DNA of 62,293 nt, filler included, from Nemertoderma westbladi (taxonomy: Eukaryota > Animalia > Xenacoelomorpha): assembly GCA_032718475.1 (NCBI GenBank). It is 3 parts of 3 records of this genome, joined end to end, with 100 filler letters (N's around TTAATTAATTAA, not from the genome) between each part and the next. Parts side by side here need not be neighbours in the genome. Positions count along the whole stretch, not along the records: positions 20,646 to 50,412 come from JAUCBJ010002091.1; 2 more parts are not named here. One strand, written 5' to 3'. A model generated the notes under the pieces. The model saw only the letters and a program-made list of their open reading frames with translations. It had not been told where the DNA came from and ran no database searches. Numbering within the stretch: position 1 is the stretch's first letter; every line of letters starts with the position of its first letter. Shown piece by piece: positions 34,052-48,445 of this stretch. Both the position numbers and the translations under genes were made by a program.

Positions 34052-37000
34052 CTAAAGGTATGGAGGAAATATTGTGGAAATAAATAATAGTAAAGTAATA
34101 ATAATAATAGAGTAAAGTAAAGTAAAGTTAACCAAACACCGGCGCCTCTCTCCTGTAAGGCAGGGTAAGCGCCGCCACTTTAACCCTCACGGTTGGCCAT
34201 TCTTCATAACTATCTTCTTTACTCCCCCCAATAAATAATCCTCAATTTTTTTTATACATTTTTATATTTAAGGAATAATTATCTTCTGTATCATAATATT
34301 AAGAATTATTAACTGATAGCTCATCCAGGGTCACATTGTCGACATGTCTCACATTGGTTCAGTGACAGTTGGGTTCCCTCTAGTCCAATATACTAACCTC
34401 AAAGAATTTGTTTCTGTAGATCTATCCAGTCCAATATACTAACCTCAATGAGTTTGTTTCTGTAGATCGATCCAGTCCAATATACTAACCTCAATGAGTT
34501 TGTTTCTGTAGATCGATCCAGTCCAATATACTAACCTCAATGAGTTTGTTTCTGTAGATCGATCCAGTCCAATATACTAACCTCTAATGAGTTTGTTTCT
34601 GTATATCGATCTAGTCCAATATACTAACCTCAATGAGTTTGTTTCTGTATATCGATCCAGTCCAATATACTAACCTCAATGAGTTTGTTTCTGTAGATCG
34701 ATCCAGTCCAATATACTAACCTCAATGAGTTTGTTTCTGTAGATCGATCCAGTCCAATATACTAACCTCAATGAGTTTGTTTCTGTATATCGATCCAGTC
34801 CAATATACTAACCTCAATGAGTTTGTTTCTGTAGATCTATCCAGTCCAATATACTAACCTCAATGAGTTTGTTTCTGTATATCGATCCAGTCCAATATAC
34901 TAACCTCAATGAGTTTGTTTCTGTAGATCTATCCAGTCCAATATACTAACCTCAATGAGTTTGTTTCTGTATATCGATCCAGTCCAATATACTAACCTCA
35001 ATGAGTTTGTTTCTGTATATCGATCCAGTCCAATATACTAACCTCAATGAGTTTGTTTCTGTAGATCGATCCAGTCCAATATACTAACCTCAATGAGTTT
35101 GTTTCTGTATATCGATCCAGTCCAATATACTAACCTCAATGAGTTTGTTTCTGTAGATCGATCCAGTCCAATATACTAACCTCAATGAGTTTGTTTCTGT
35201 AGATCGATCCAGTCCAATATACTAACCTCAATGAGTTTGTTTCTGTATATCGATCCAGTCCAATATACTAACCTCAATGAGTTTGTTTCTGTAGATCGAT
35301 CCAGTCCAATATACTAACCTCAATGAGTTTGTTTCTGTAGATCGATCCAGTCCAATATACTAACCTCAATGAGTTTGTTTCTGTAGATCTATCCAGTCCA
35401 ATATACTAACCTCAATGAGTTTGTTTCTGTAGATCTATCCAGTCCAATATACTAACCTCAATGAGTTTGTTTCTGTATATCGATCCAGTCCAATATACTA
35501 ACCTCAATGAGTTTGTTTCTGTAGATCTATCCAGTCCAATATACTAACCTCAATGAGTTTGTTTCTGTAGATCGATCCAGTCCAATATACTAACCTCAAT
35601 GAGTTTGTTTCTGTAGATCTATCCAGTCCAATATACTAACCTCAATGAGTTTGTTTCTGTAGATCGATCCAGTCCAATATACTAACCTCAATGAGTTTGT
35701 TTCTGTATATCGATCCAGTCCAATATACTAACCTCAATGAGTTTGTTTCTGTATATCGATCCAGTCCAATATACTAACCTCAATGAGTTTGTTTCTGTAG
35801 ATCTATCCAGTCCAATATACTAACCTCAATGAGTTTGTTTCTGTAGATCGATCCAGTCCAATATACTAACCTCAATGAGTTTGTTTCTGTATATCGATCC
35901 AGTCCAATATACTAACCTCAATGAGTTTGTTTCTGTAGATCTATCCAGTCCAATATACTAACCTCAATGAGTTTGTTTCTGTATATCGATCCAGTCCAAT
36001 ATACTAACCTCAATGAGTTTGTTTCTGTAGATCTATCCAGTCCAATATACTAACCTCAATGAGTTTGTTTCTGTATATCGATCCAGTCCAATATACTAAC
36101 CTCAATGAGTTTGTTTCTGTAGATCTATCCATTCCAATATACTAACCTCAATGAGTTTGTTTCTGTAGATCGATCCAGTCCAATATACTAACCTCAATGA
36201 GTTTGTTTCTGTATATCGATCTAGTCCAATATACTAACCTCAATGAGTTTGTTTCTGTAGATCTATCCAGTCCAATATACTAACCTCAATGAGTTTGTTT
36301 CTGTAGATCGATCCAGTCCAATATACTAACCTCAATGAGTTTGTTTCTGTATATCGATCCAGTCCAATATACTAACCTCAATGAGTTTGTTTCTGTATAT
36401 CGATCCAGTCCAATATACTAACCTCAATGAGTTTGTTTCTGTATATCGATCCAGTCCAATATACTAACCTCAATGAGTTTGTTTCTGTAGATCTATCCAG
36501 TCCAATATACTAACCTCAATGAGTTTGTTTCTGTATATCGATCCAGTCCAATATACTAACCTCAATGAGTTTGTTTCTGTATATCGATCCAGTCCAATAT
36601 ACTAACCTCAATGAGTTTGTTTCTGTATATCGATCCAGTCCAATATACTAACCTCAATGAGTTTGTTTCTGTAGATCTATCCAGTCCAATATACTAACCT
36701 CAATGAGTTTGTTTCTGTAGATCGATCCAGTCCAATATACTAACCTCAATGAGTTTGTTTCTGTATATCGATCCAGTCCAATATACTAACCTCAATGAGT
36801 TTGTTTCTGTAGATCGATCCAGTCCAATATACTAACCTCAATGAGTTTGTTTCTGTAGATCTATCCAGTCCAATATACTAACCTCAATGAGTTTGTTTCT
36901 GTATATCGATCCAGTCCAATATACTAACCTCAATGAGTTTGTTTCTGTATATCGATCCAGTCCAATATACTAACCTCAATGAGTTTGTTTCTGTATATCG

Positions 37001-39292
37001 ATCCAGTCCAATATACTAACCTCAATGAGTTTGTTTCTGTAGATCGATCCAGTCCAATATACTAACCTCAATGAGTTTGTTTCTGTAGATCTATCCAGTC
37101 CAATATACTAACCTCAATGAGTTTGTTTCTGTATATCGATCCAGTCCAATATACTAACCTCAATGAGTTTGTTTCTGTAGATCTATCCAGTCCAATATAC
37201 TAACCTCAATGAGTTTGTTTCTGTATATCGATCCAGTCCAATATACTAACCTCAATGAGTTTGTTTCTGTAGATCTATCCAGTCCAATATACTAACCTCA
37301 ATGAGTTTGTTTCTGTAGATCTATCCAGTCCAATATACTAACCTCAATGAGTTTGTTTCTGTAGATCTATCCAGTCCAATATACTAACCTCAATGAGTTT
37401 GTTTCTGTAGATCGATCCAGTCCAATATACTAACCTCAATGAGTTTGTTTCTGTAGATCTATCCAGTCCAATATACTAACCTCAATGAGTTTGTTTCTGT
37501 AGATCGATCCAGTCCAATATACTAACCTCAATGAGTTTGTTTCTGTATATCGATCTAGTCCAATATACTAACCTCAATGAGTTTGTTTCTGTAGATCTAT
37601 CCAGTCCAATATACTAACCTCAATGAGTTTGTTTCTGTAGATCGATCCAGTCCAATATACTAACCTCAATGAGTTTGTTTCTGTAGATCTATCCAGTCCA
37701 ATATACTAACCTCAATGAGTTTGTTTCTGTATATCGATCCAGTCCAATATACTAACCTCAATGAGTTTGTTTCTGTATATCGATCCAGTCCAATATACTA
37801 ACCTCAATGAGTTTGTTTCTGTATATCGATCCAGTCCAATATACTAACCTCAATGAGTTTGTTTCTGTATATCGATCCAGTCCAATATACTAACCTCAAT
37901 GAGTTTGTTTCTGTAGATCTATCCAGTCCAATATACTAACCTCAATGAGTTTGTTTCTGTATATCGATCCAGTCCAATATACTAACCTCAATGAGTTTGT
38001 TTCTGTAGATCTATCCAGTCCAATATACTAACCTCAATGAGTTTGTTTCTGTATATCGATCCAGTCCAATATACTAACCTCAATGAGTTTGTTTCTGTAG
38101 ATCGATCCAGTCCAATATACTAACCTTAATGAGTTTGTTTCTGTAGATCTATCCAGTCCAATATACTAACCTCAATGAGTTTGTTTCTGTAGATCGATCC
38201 AGTCCAATATACTGACCTCAATGAGTTTGTTTCTGTAGATCGATCCAGTCCAATATACTAACCTCAATGAGTTTGTTTCTGTAGATCGATCCAGTCCAAT
38301 ATACTAACCTCAATGAGTTTGTTTCTGTATATCGATCCAGTCCAATATACTAACCTCAATGAGTTTGTTTCTGTATATCGATCCAGTCCAATATACTAAC
38401 CTCAATGAGTTTGTTTCTGTATATCGATCCAGTCCAATATACTAACCTCAATGAGTTTGTTTCTGTAGATCGATCCAGTCCAATATACTAACCTCAATGA
38501 GTTTGTTTCTGTAGATCTATCCAGTCCAATATACTAACCTCAATGAGTTTGTTTCTGTAGATCGATCCAGTCCAATATACTAACCTCAATGAGTTTGTTT
38601 CTGTAGATCTATCCAGTCCAATATACTAACCTCAATGAGTTTGTTTCTGTAGATCGATCCAGTCCAATATACTAACCTCAATGAGTTTGTTTCTGTAGAT
38701 TGATCCAGTCCAATATACTAACCTCAATGAGTTTGTTTCTGTAGATCTATCCAGTCCAATATACTAACCTCAATGAGTTTGTTTCTGTATATCGATCCAG
38801 TCCAATATACTAACCTCAATGAGTTTGTTTCTGTAGATCGATCCAGTCCAATATACTAACCTCAATGAGTTTGTTTCTGTAGATCTATCCAGTCCAATAT
38901 ACTAACCTCAATGAGTTTGTTTCTGTAGATCGATCCAGTCCAATATACTAACCTCAATGAGTTTGTTTCTGTAGATTGATCCAGTCCAATATACTAACCT
39001 CAATGAGTTTGTTTCTGTAGATCTATCCAGTCCAATATACTAACCTCAATGAGTTTGTTTCTGTATATCGATCCAGTCCAATATACTAACCTCAAAGAGT
39101 TTGTTTCTGTAGATCGATCCAGTCCAATATACTAACCTCAATGAGTTTGTTTCTGTAGATCTATCCAGTCCAATATACTAACCTCAATGAGTTTGTTTCT
39201 GTAGATCTATCCAGTCCAATATACTAACCTCAATGAGTTTGTTTCTGTAGATCGATCCAGTCCAATATACTAACCTCAATGAGTTTGTTTCT

Positions 39293-40767
39293 ATCCCATC
39301 ATAGTAGACATGTACCGTACAACAAGAGTCCCACAAGAAATGAAAACAAATAAGTTGGTGCCAGTTCCCAAGAAGGGCAACCTAACACTCTATGGTTCTT
39401 TTCGGGGAATCTCATTGATCTCGATTGCTGCAAAGCTATACAATAGGATTCTATTAAATCGCATCAGGGATCCCATTGAGAGACTGCTCCGTGGAAATCA
39501 GAATGGGTTCCGTAAAGGTCGTGGGACCATGGAGCCCATTTTGGCACTTAGAAGGATAATTGAAGAATTATCAAAAAAGAAAGACAGGCATCTGGCTGTT
39601 ATCTTTGTTGACTTCTTCAAGGCCTTTGATTCAGTCTCTCGCTCACGTATGTTCAGCATACTTTCATTATATGGGATTCCTGATGAAATTATTGCAGCAA
39701 TCAGATCAGTATACGATGGTTCGACAACATTTGTGTCTACTGTTGACGGTGACACAGAACCATTTGAAGTGTTATGGGGCGTCCTCCAAGGAGACACACT
39801 TGCACCATTCTTGTTCATTATTGTGGTTGACTATGTTCTACGCATGTCCTTAGATCATCATGATGATGATGGGGTGATGATAACTCCACCTACTGGCTCC
39901 AGAAGTCGAGGAAATCCTGCCAAGTACCTAACTGATCTAGACTTTGCTGATGACTTAGGAGTACTCTCAGAATCATTAGAGGGAGCCCAACGGCTCCTCA
40001 GCTCATTAGAACATGCTGCTTCTAGTGTTGGTCTTTTTATTAACTCCAGAAAGACCAAAATTCTGACAGTTAACTTTGAAAGTCCTCAGCAAGTCTCTGA
40101 TCGGATGAGCATAAGCTCAAAGGATGGTATGCTTGAGCATGTGGACGACTTCTGTTACCTGGGATCATGGATCCGGAAGTCAGGTGAGGACCTTCGAATA
40201 CGTAAGGGAAAGGCATGGGCAGCCTTGAATAGGCTTTCCAGGATTTGGAAGTCACCGAGAATTAATCGGAAACTTAAGGTCCGATTATTTAGAGCAGCAG
40301 TAGTTCCAGTACTCCTCTACGGGAGTCCATGCTGGGCTCTAACTGCTGAGGACACCAAATCTCTGGATGGCACATTCACAAGAATGCTACGCCGGGTTCA
40401 TTGTGTCAAGTACAATGCACACATCTCCAACCAGACACTATATAACATTGGAGGTGTCTCATTGGTTCCCCCAAGCTTGACACTAGAACAAAATCGCCTC
40501 CGCTTTGCAGGACATTGCTTTCGCCGTGAGGACCAGCCAGTGCATAATCTTGTACTTTGGCAGCCTCATGGAGTGAATAAGCATGGTGGACAGCCCATGA
40601 CTTTCTTGAGACGCATCTTAAAGGACACTGGCCTTAAAGATGCGGATGATCTAGCAAATGTCATGGGTGATAGGGAGTTGTGGCGGTGCAATTTTGTTGA
40701 CAAGCCGGCACAGCATTCTTAAAAATGCAGCTGCAATGCAGCATGCCGATCCTAGTAGTAGTAGTAG
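39293..40767 (+). mobile_element. 5'-truncated non-LTR retrotransposon, RTE-like, RT ORF 39310-40722, (TAG)5 tail
   Basis: PKKGNL..FRGISL, QNGFR.GR, FVDFFKAFDSV, GVLQGDTLAPFLF, DFADD, YLGS, LLYG, RLRFAGH; no endonuclease domain; short 3' UTR. Confidence 0.9.
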
Positions 40768-41591
40768 ATCTATCCAGTCCAATATACTAACCTCAATGAG
40801 TTTGTTTCTGTATATCGATCCAGTCCAATATACTAACCTCAAAGAGTTTGTTTCTGTAGATCGATCCAGTCCAATATACTAACCTCAATGAGTTTGTTTC
40901 TGTAGATCTATCCAGTCCAATATACTAACCTCAATGAGTTTGTTTCTGTATATCGATCCAGTCCAATATACTAACCTCAATGAGTTTGTTTCTGTATATC
41001 GATCCAGTCCAATATACTAACCTCAAAGAGTTTGTTTCTGTAGATCGATCCAGTCCAATATACTAACCTCAATGAGTTTGTTTCTGTAGATCTATCCAGT
41101 CCAATATACTAACCTTAAAGAGTTTGTTTCTGTAGATCTATCCAGTCCAATATACTAACCTCAATGAGTTTGTTTCTGTAGATCTATCCAGTCCAATATA
41201 CTAACCTCAATGAGTTTGTTTCTGTAGATCGATCCAGTCCAATATACTAACCTCAATGAGTTTGTTTCTGTAGATCGATCCAGTCCAATATACTAACCTC
41301 AATGAGTTTGTTTCTGTAGATCTATCCAGTCCAATATACTAACCTCAATGAGTTTGTTTCTGTATATCGATCCAGTCCAATATACTAACCTCAAAGAGTT
41401 TGTTTCTGTAGATCGATCCAGTCCAATATACTAACCTCAATGAGTTTGTTTCTGTAGATCTATCCAGTCCAATATACTAACCTCAATGAGTTTGTTTCTG
41501 TAGATCTATCCAGTCCAATATACTAACCTCAATGAGTTTGTTTCTGTAGATCGATCCAGTCCAATATACTAACCTCAATGAGTTTGTTTCT

Positions 41592-43066
41592 ATCCCATCA
41601 TAGTAGACATGTACCGTACAACAAGAGTCCCACAAGAAATGAAAACAAATAAGTTGGTGCCAGTTCCCAAGAAGGGCAACCTAACACTCTATGGTTCTTT
41701 TCGGGGAATCTAATTGATCTCGATTGCTGCAAAGCTATACAATAGGATTCTATTAAATCGCATCAGGGATCCCATTGAGAGACTGCTCCGTGGAAATCAG
41801 AATGGGTTCCGTAAAGGTCGTGGGACCATGGAGCCCATTTTGGCACTTAGAAGGATAATTGAAGAATTATCAAAAAAGAAAGACAGGCATCTGGCTGTTA
41901 TCTTTGTTGACTTCTTCAAGGCCTTTGATTCAGTCTCTCGCTCACGTATGTTCAGCATACTTTCATTATATGGGATTCCTGATGAAATTATTGCAGCAAT
42001 CAGATCAGTATACGATGGTTCGACAACAATTGTGTCTACTGTTGACGGTGACACAGAACCATTTGAAGTGTTATGGGGCGTCCTCCAAGGAGACACACTT
42101 GCACCATTCTTGTTCATTATTGTGGTTGACTATGTTCTACGCATGTCCTTAGATCATCATGATGATGATGGGGTGATGATAACTCCACCTACTGGCTCCA
42201 GAAGTCGAGGAAATCCTGCCAAGTACCTAACTGATCTAGACTTTGCTGATGACTTAGGAGTACTCTCAGAATCATTAGAGGGAGCCCAACGGCTCCTCAG
42301 CTCATTAGAACATGCTGCTTCTAGTGTTGGTCTTTTTATTAACTCCAGAAAGACCAAAATTCTGACAGTTAACTTTGAAAGTCCTCAGCAAGTCTCTGAT
42401 CGGATGAGCATAAGCTCAAAGGATGGTATGCTTGAGCATGTGGACGACTTCTGTTACCTGGGATCATGGATCCGGAAGTCAGGTGAGGACCGTCGAATAC
42501 GTAAGGGAAAGGCATGGGCAGCCTTGAATAGGCTTTCCAGGATTTGGAAGTCACCGAGAATTAATCGGAAACTTAAGGTCCGATTATTTAGAGCAGCAGT
42601 AGTTCCAGTACTCCTCTACGGGAGTCCATGCTGGGCTCTAACTGCTGAGGACACCAAATCTCTGGATGGCACATTCACAAGAATGCTACGCCGGGTTCAT
42701 TGTGTCAAGTACAATGCACACATCTCCAACCAGACACTATATAACATTGGAGGTGTCTCATTGGTTCCCCCAAGCTTGACACTAGAACAAAATCGCCTCC
42801 GCTTTGCAGGACATTGCTTTCGCCGTGAGGACCAGCCAGTGCATAATCTTGTACTTTGGCAGCCTCATGGAGTGAATAAGCATGGTGGACAGCCCATGAC
42901 TTTCTTGAGACGCATCTTAAAGGAGACTGGCCTTAAAGATGCGGATGATCTAGCAAATGTCATGGGTGATAGGGAGTTGTGGCGGTGCAATTTTGTTGAC
43001 AAGCCGGCACAGCATTCTTAAAAATGCAGCTGCAATGCAGCATGCCGATCCTAGTAGTAGTAGTAG
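41592..43066 (+). mobile_element. Second copy of the same RTE-like insertion, with a premature TAA at 41711
   Basis: Same ends as copy 1, offset 2299 bp; four substitutions noticed (S>stop, F>I, L>R, D>E). Confidence 0.9.
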
Positions 43067-46000
43067 ATCTATCCAGTCCAATATACTAACCTCAATGAGT
43101 TTGTTTCTGTATATCGATCCAGTCCAATATACTAACCTCAAAGAGTTTGTTTCTGTAGATCGATCCAGTCCAATATACTAACCTCAATGAGTTTGTTTCT
43201 GTAGATCTATCCAGTCCAATATACTAACCTCAATGAGTTTGTTTCTGTAGATCTATCCAGTCCAATATACTAACCTCAAAGAGTTTGTTTCTGTAGATCG
43301 ATCCAGTCCAATATACTAACCTCAATGAGTTTGTTTCTGTAGATCGATCCAGTCCAATATACTAACCTCAATGAGTTTGTTTCTGTAGATCGATCCAGTC
43401 CAATATACTAACCTCAATGAGTTTGTTTCTGTAGATCGATCCAGTCCAATATACTAACCTCAATGAGTTTGTTTCTGTATATCGATCCAGTCCAATATAC
43501 TAACCTCAAAGAGTTTGTTTCTGTAGATCGATCCAGTCCAATATACTAACCTCAATGAGTTTGTTTCTGTAGATCTATCCAGTCCAATATACTAACCTCA
43601 ATGAGTTTGTTTCTGTATATCGATCCAGTCCAATATACTAACCTCAATGAGTTTGTTTCTGTATATCGATCCAGTCCAATATACTAACCTCAATGAGTTT
43701 GTTTCTGTATATCGATCCAGTCCAATATACTAACCTCAATGAGTTTGTTTCTGTATATCGATCCAGTCCAATATACTAACCTCAATGAGTTTGTTTCTGT
43801 ATATCGATCCAGTCCAATATACTAACCTCAATGAGTTTGTTTCTGTATATCGATCCAGTCCAATATACTAACCTCAATGAGTTTGTTTCTGTATATCGAT
43901 CCAGTCCAATATACTAACCTCAATGAGTTTGTTTCTGTATATCGATCCAGTCCAATATACTAACCTCAATGAGTTTGTTTCTGTAGATCGATCCAGTCCA
44001 ATATACTAACCTCAATGAGTTTGTTTCTGTAGATCGATCCAGTCCAATATACTAACCTCAATGAGTTTGTTTCTGTAGATCTATCCAGTCCAATATACTA
44101 ACCTCAATGAGTTTGTTTCTGTATATCGATCCAGTCCAATATACTAACCTCAATGAGTTTGTTTCTGTATATCGATCCAGTCCAATATACTAACCTCAAT
44201 GAGTTTGTTTCTGTATATCGATCCAGTCCAATATACTAACCTCAATGAGTTTGTTTCTGTATATCGATCCAGTCCAATATACTAACCTCAATGAGTTTGT
44301 TTCTGTATATCGATCCAGTCCAATATACTAACCTCAATGAGTTTGTTTCTGTATATCGATCTAGTCCAATATACTAACCTCAATGAGTTTGTTTCTGTAT
44401 ATCGATCCAGTCCAATATACTAACCTCAATGAGTTTGTTTCTGTAGATCGATCCAGTCCAATATACTAACCTCAATGAGTTTGTTTCTGTATATCGATCT
44501 AGTCCAATATACTAACCTCAATGAGTTTGTTTCTGTATATCGATCCAGTCCAATATACTAACCTCAATGAGTTTGTTTCTGTAGATCGATCCAGTCCAAT
44601 ATACTAACCTCAATGAGTTTGTTTCTGTATATCGATCCAGTCCAATATACTAACCTCAATGAGTTTGTTTCTGTATATCGATCCAGTCCAATATACTAAC
44701 CTCAATGAGTTTGTTTCTGTAGATCGATCCAGTCCAATATACTAACCTCAATGAGTTTGTTTCTGTATATCGATCCAGTCCAATATACTAACCTCAATGA
44801 GTTTGTTTCTGTATATCGATCCAGTCCAATATACTAACCTCAATGAGTTTGTTTCTGTAGATCGATCCAGTCCAATATACTAACCTCAATGAGTTTGTTT
44901 CTGTAGATCTATCCAGTCCAATATACTAACCTCAATGAGTTTGTTTCTGTATATCGATCCAGTCCAATATACTAACCTCAATGAGTTTGTTTCTGTATAT
45001 CGATCCAGTCCAATATACTAACCTCAATGAGTTTGTTTCTGTAGATCGATCCAGTCCAATATACTAACCTCAATGAGTTTGTTTCTGTAGATCGATCCAG
45101 TCCAATATACTAACCTCAATGAGTTTGTTTCTGTATATCGATCCAGTCCAATATACTAACCTCAATGAGTTTGTTTCTGTATATCGATCCAGTCCAATAT
45201 ACTAACCTCAATGAGTTTGTTTCTGTATATCGATCCAGTCCAATATACTAACCTCAATGAGTTTGTTTCTGTATATCGATCCAGTCCAATATACTAACCT
45301 CAATGAGTTTGTTTCTGTATATCGATCCAGTCCAATATACTAACCTCAATGAGTTTGTTTCTGTAGATCGATCCAGTCCAATATACTAACCTCAATGAGT
45401 TTGTTTCTGTATATCGATCCAGTCCAATATACTAACCTCAATGAGTTTGTTTCTGTATATCGATCCAGTCCAATATACTAACCTCAATGAGTTTGTTTCT
45501 GTAGATCGATCCAGTCCAATATACTAACCTCAATGAGTTTGTTTCTGTATATCGATCCAGTCCAATATACTAACCTCAATGAGTTTGTTTCTGTATATCG
45601 ATCCAGTCCAATATACTAACCTCAATGAGTTTGTTTCTGTAGATCGATCCAGTCCAATATACTAACCTCAATGAGTTTGTTTCTGTATATCGATCCAGTC
45701 CAATATACTAACCTCAATGAGTTTGTTTCTGTATATCGATCCAGTCCAATATACTAACCTCAATGAGTTTGTTTCTGTAGATCGATCCAGTCCAATATAC
45801 TAACCTCAATGAGTTTGTTTCTGTAGATCGATCCAGTCCAATATACTAACCTCAATGAGTTTGTTTCTGTATATCGATCCAGTCCAATATACTAACCTCA
45901 ATGAGTTTGTTTCTGTATATCGATCCAGTCCAATATACTAACCTCAATGAGTTTGTTTCTGTAGATCGATCCAGTCCAATATACTAACCTCAATGAGTTT

Positions 46001-48293
46001 GTTTCTGTAGATCGATCCAGTCCAATATACTAACCTCAATGAGTTTGTTTCTGTATATCGATCCAGTCCAATATACTAACCTCAATGAGTTTGTTTCTGT
46101 ATATCGATCCAGTCCAATATACTAACCTCAATGAGTTTGTTTCTGTATATCGATCCAGTCCAATATACTAACCTCAATGAGTTTGTTTCTGTAGATCGAT
46201 CCAGTCCAATATACTAACCTCAATGAGTTTGTTTCTGTAGATCGATCCAGTCCAATATACTAACCTCAATGAGTTTGTTTCTGTATATCGATCCAGTCCA
46301 ATATACTAACCTCAATGAGTTTGTTTCTGTAGATCGATCCAGTCCAATATACTAACCTCAATGAGTTTGTTTCTGTAGATCGATCCAGTCCAATATACTA
46401 ACCTCAATGAGTTTGTTTCTGTAGATCGATCCAGTCCAATATACTAACCTCAATGAGTTTGTTTCTGTATATCGATCCAGTCCAATATACTAACCTCAAT
46501 GAGTTTGTTTCTGTAGATCGATCCAGTCCAATATACTAACCTCAATGAGTTTGTTTCTGTATATCGATCCAGTCCAATATACTAACCTCAATGAGTTTGT
46601 TTCTGTAGATCGATCCAGTCCAATATACTAACCTCAATGAGTTTGTTTCTGTAGATCGATCCAGTCCAATATACTAACCTCAATGAGTTTGTTTCTGTAG
46701 ATCGATCCAGTCCAATATACTAACCTCAATGAGTTTGTTTCTGTATATCGATCCAGTCCAATATACTAACCTCAATGAGTTTGTTTCTGTAGATCGATCC
46801 AGTCCAATATACTAACCTCAATGAGTTTGTTTCTGTATATCGATCCAGTCCAATATACTAACCTCAATGAGTTTGTTTCTGTATATCGATCCAGTCCAAT
46901 ATACTAACCTCAATGAGTTTGTTTCTGTATATCGATCCAGTCCAATATACTAACCTCAATGAGTTTGTTTCTGTAGATCGATCCAGTCCAATATACTAAC
47001 CTCAATGAGTTTGTTTCTGTAGATCGATCCAGTCCAATATACTAACCTCAATGAGTTTGTTTCTGTAGATCGATCCAGTCCAATATACTAACCTCAATGA
47101 GTTTGTTTCTGTATATCGATCCAGTCCAATATACTAACCTCAATGAGTTTGTTTCTGTAGATCGATCCAGTCCAATATACTAACCTCAATGAGTTTGTTT
47201 CTGTATATCGATCCAGTCCAATATACTAACCTCAATGAGTTTGTTTCTGTATATCGATCCAGTCCAATATACTAACCTCAATGAGTTTGTTTCTGTATAT
47301 CGATCCAGTCCAATATACTAACCTCAATGAGTTTGTTTCTGTATATCGATCCAGTCCAATATACTAACCTCAATGAGTTTGTTTCTGTATATCGATCCAG
47401 TCCAATATACTAACCTCAATGAGTTTGTTTCTGTAGATCGATCCAGTCCAATATACTAACCTCAATGAGTTTGTTTCTGTATATCGATCCAGTCCAATAT
47501 ACTAACCTCAATGAGTTTGTTTCTGTATATCGATCCAGTCCAATATACTAACCTCAATGAGTTTGTTTCTGTAGATCGATCCAGTCCAATATACTAACCT
47601 CAATGAGTTTGTTTCTGTATATCGATCCAGTCCAATATACTAACCTCAATGAGTTTGTTTCTGTATATCGATCCAGTCCAATATACTAACCTCAATGAGT
47701 TTGTTTCTGTAGATCGATCCAGTCCAATATACTAACCTCAATGAGTTTGTTTCTGTATATCGATCCAGTCCAATATACTAACCTCAATGAGTTTGTTTCT
47801 GTATATCGATCCAGTCCAATATACTAACCTCAATGAGTTTGTTTCTGTAGATCGATCCAGTCCAATATACTAACCTCAATGAGTTTGTTTCTGTAGATCT
47901 ATCCAGTCCAATATACTAACCTCAATGAGTTTGTTTCTGTATATCGATCCAGTCCAATATACTAACCTCAATGAGTTTGTTTCTGTATATCGATCCAGTC
48001 CAATATACTAACCTCAAAGAGTTTGTTTCTGTAGATCGATCCAGTCCAATATACTAACCTCAATGAGTTTGTTTCTGTAGATCGATCCAGTCCAATATAC
48101 TAACCTCAATGAGTTTGTTTCTGTATATCGATCTAGTCCAATATACTAACCTCAATGAGTTTGTTTCTGTATATCGATCCAGTCCAATATACTAACCTCA
48201 ATTAGTTTGTTTCTGTAGATCGATCCAGTCCAATATACTAACCTCAATGAGTTTTTTTCTGTATATCGATCCAGTCCAATATACTATACTAAC

Positions 48294-48417
48294 CTCAATG
48301 AGTTTGTTTCTGTATTTGTATCCCTCACTCTTATCAACATGTTCGACTGTAAACTTGGCAACATTGATAACTTCTTCAGTGACATCACTATCTTTTATAC
48401 CACCCGGCATGGTTTTC
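48294..48417 (-). CDS. Type-2 cystatin, upstream exon
   Basis: KTMPGGIKDSDVTEEVINVAKFTVEHVDKSEGYKYRNKLIE has the cystatin N-terminal PGG and helix; phase-0 GAG|GTTAGT donor joins the 33803-34051 exon; candidate TTGGCAG acceptor at 48418, or start at ATG 48410. Confidence 0.85.
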
Positions 48418-48445
48418 CTGCCAATAATAGGTTTTTATTCCAAAA

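Larger units (their letters stand above)
34379..48293. repeat. 46-bp intronic satellite (CCAGTCCAATATACTAACCTCAATGAGTTTGTTTCTGTA[G/T]ATC[G/T]AT), roughly 240 units in three blocks separated by two LINE copies
   Basis: Direct inspection; unit count estimated from block lengths divided by 46. Confidence 0.97.

Noticed and set aside
34379-48293. CRISPR-like appearance of the 46-bp array next to reverse transcriptases
   Set aside because: No unique spacers and no cas genes; the unit derives from a eukaryotic exon-intron junction and the RTs are ordinary truncated RTE-type LINEs
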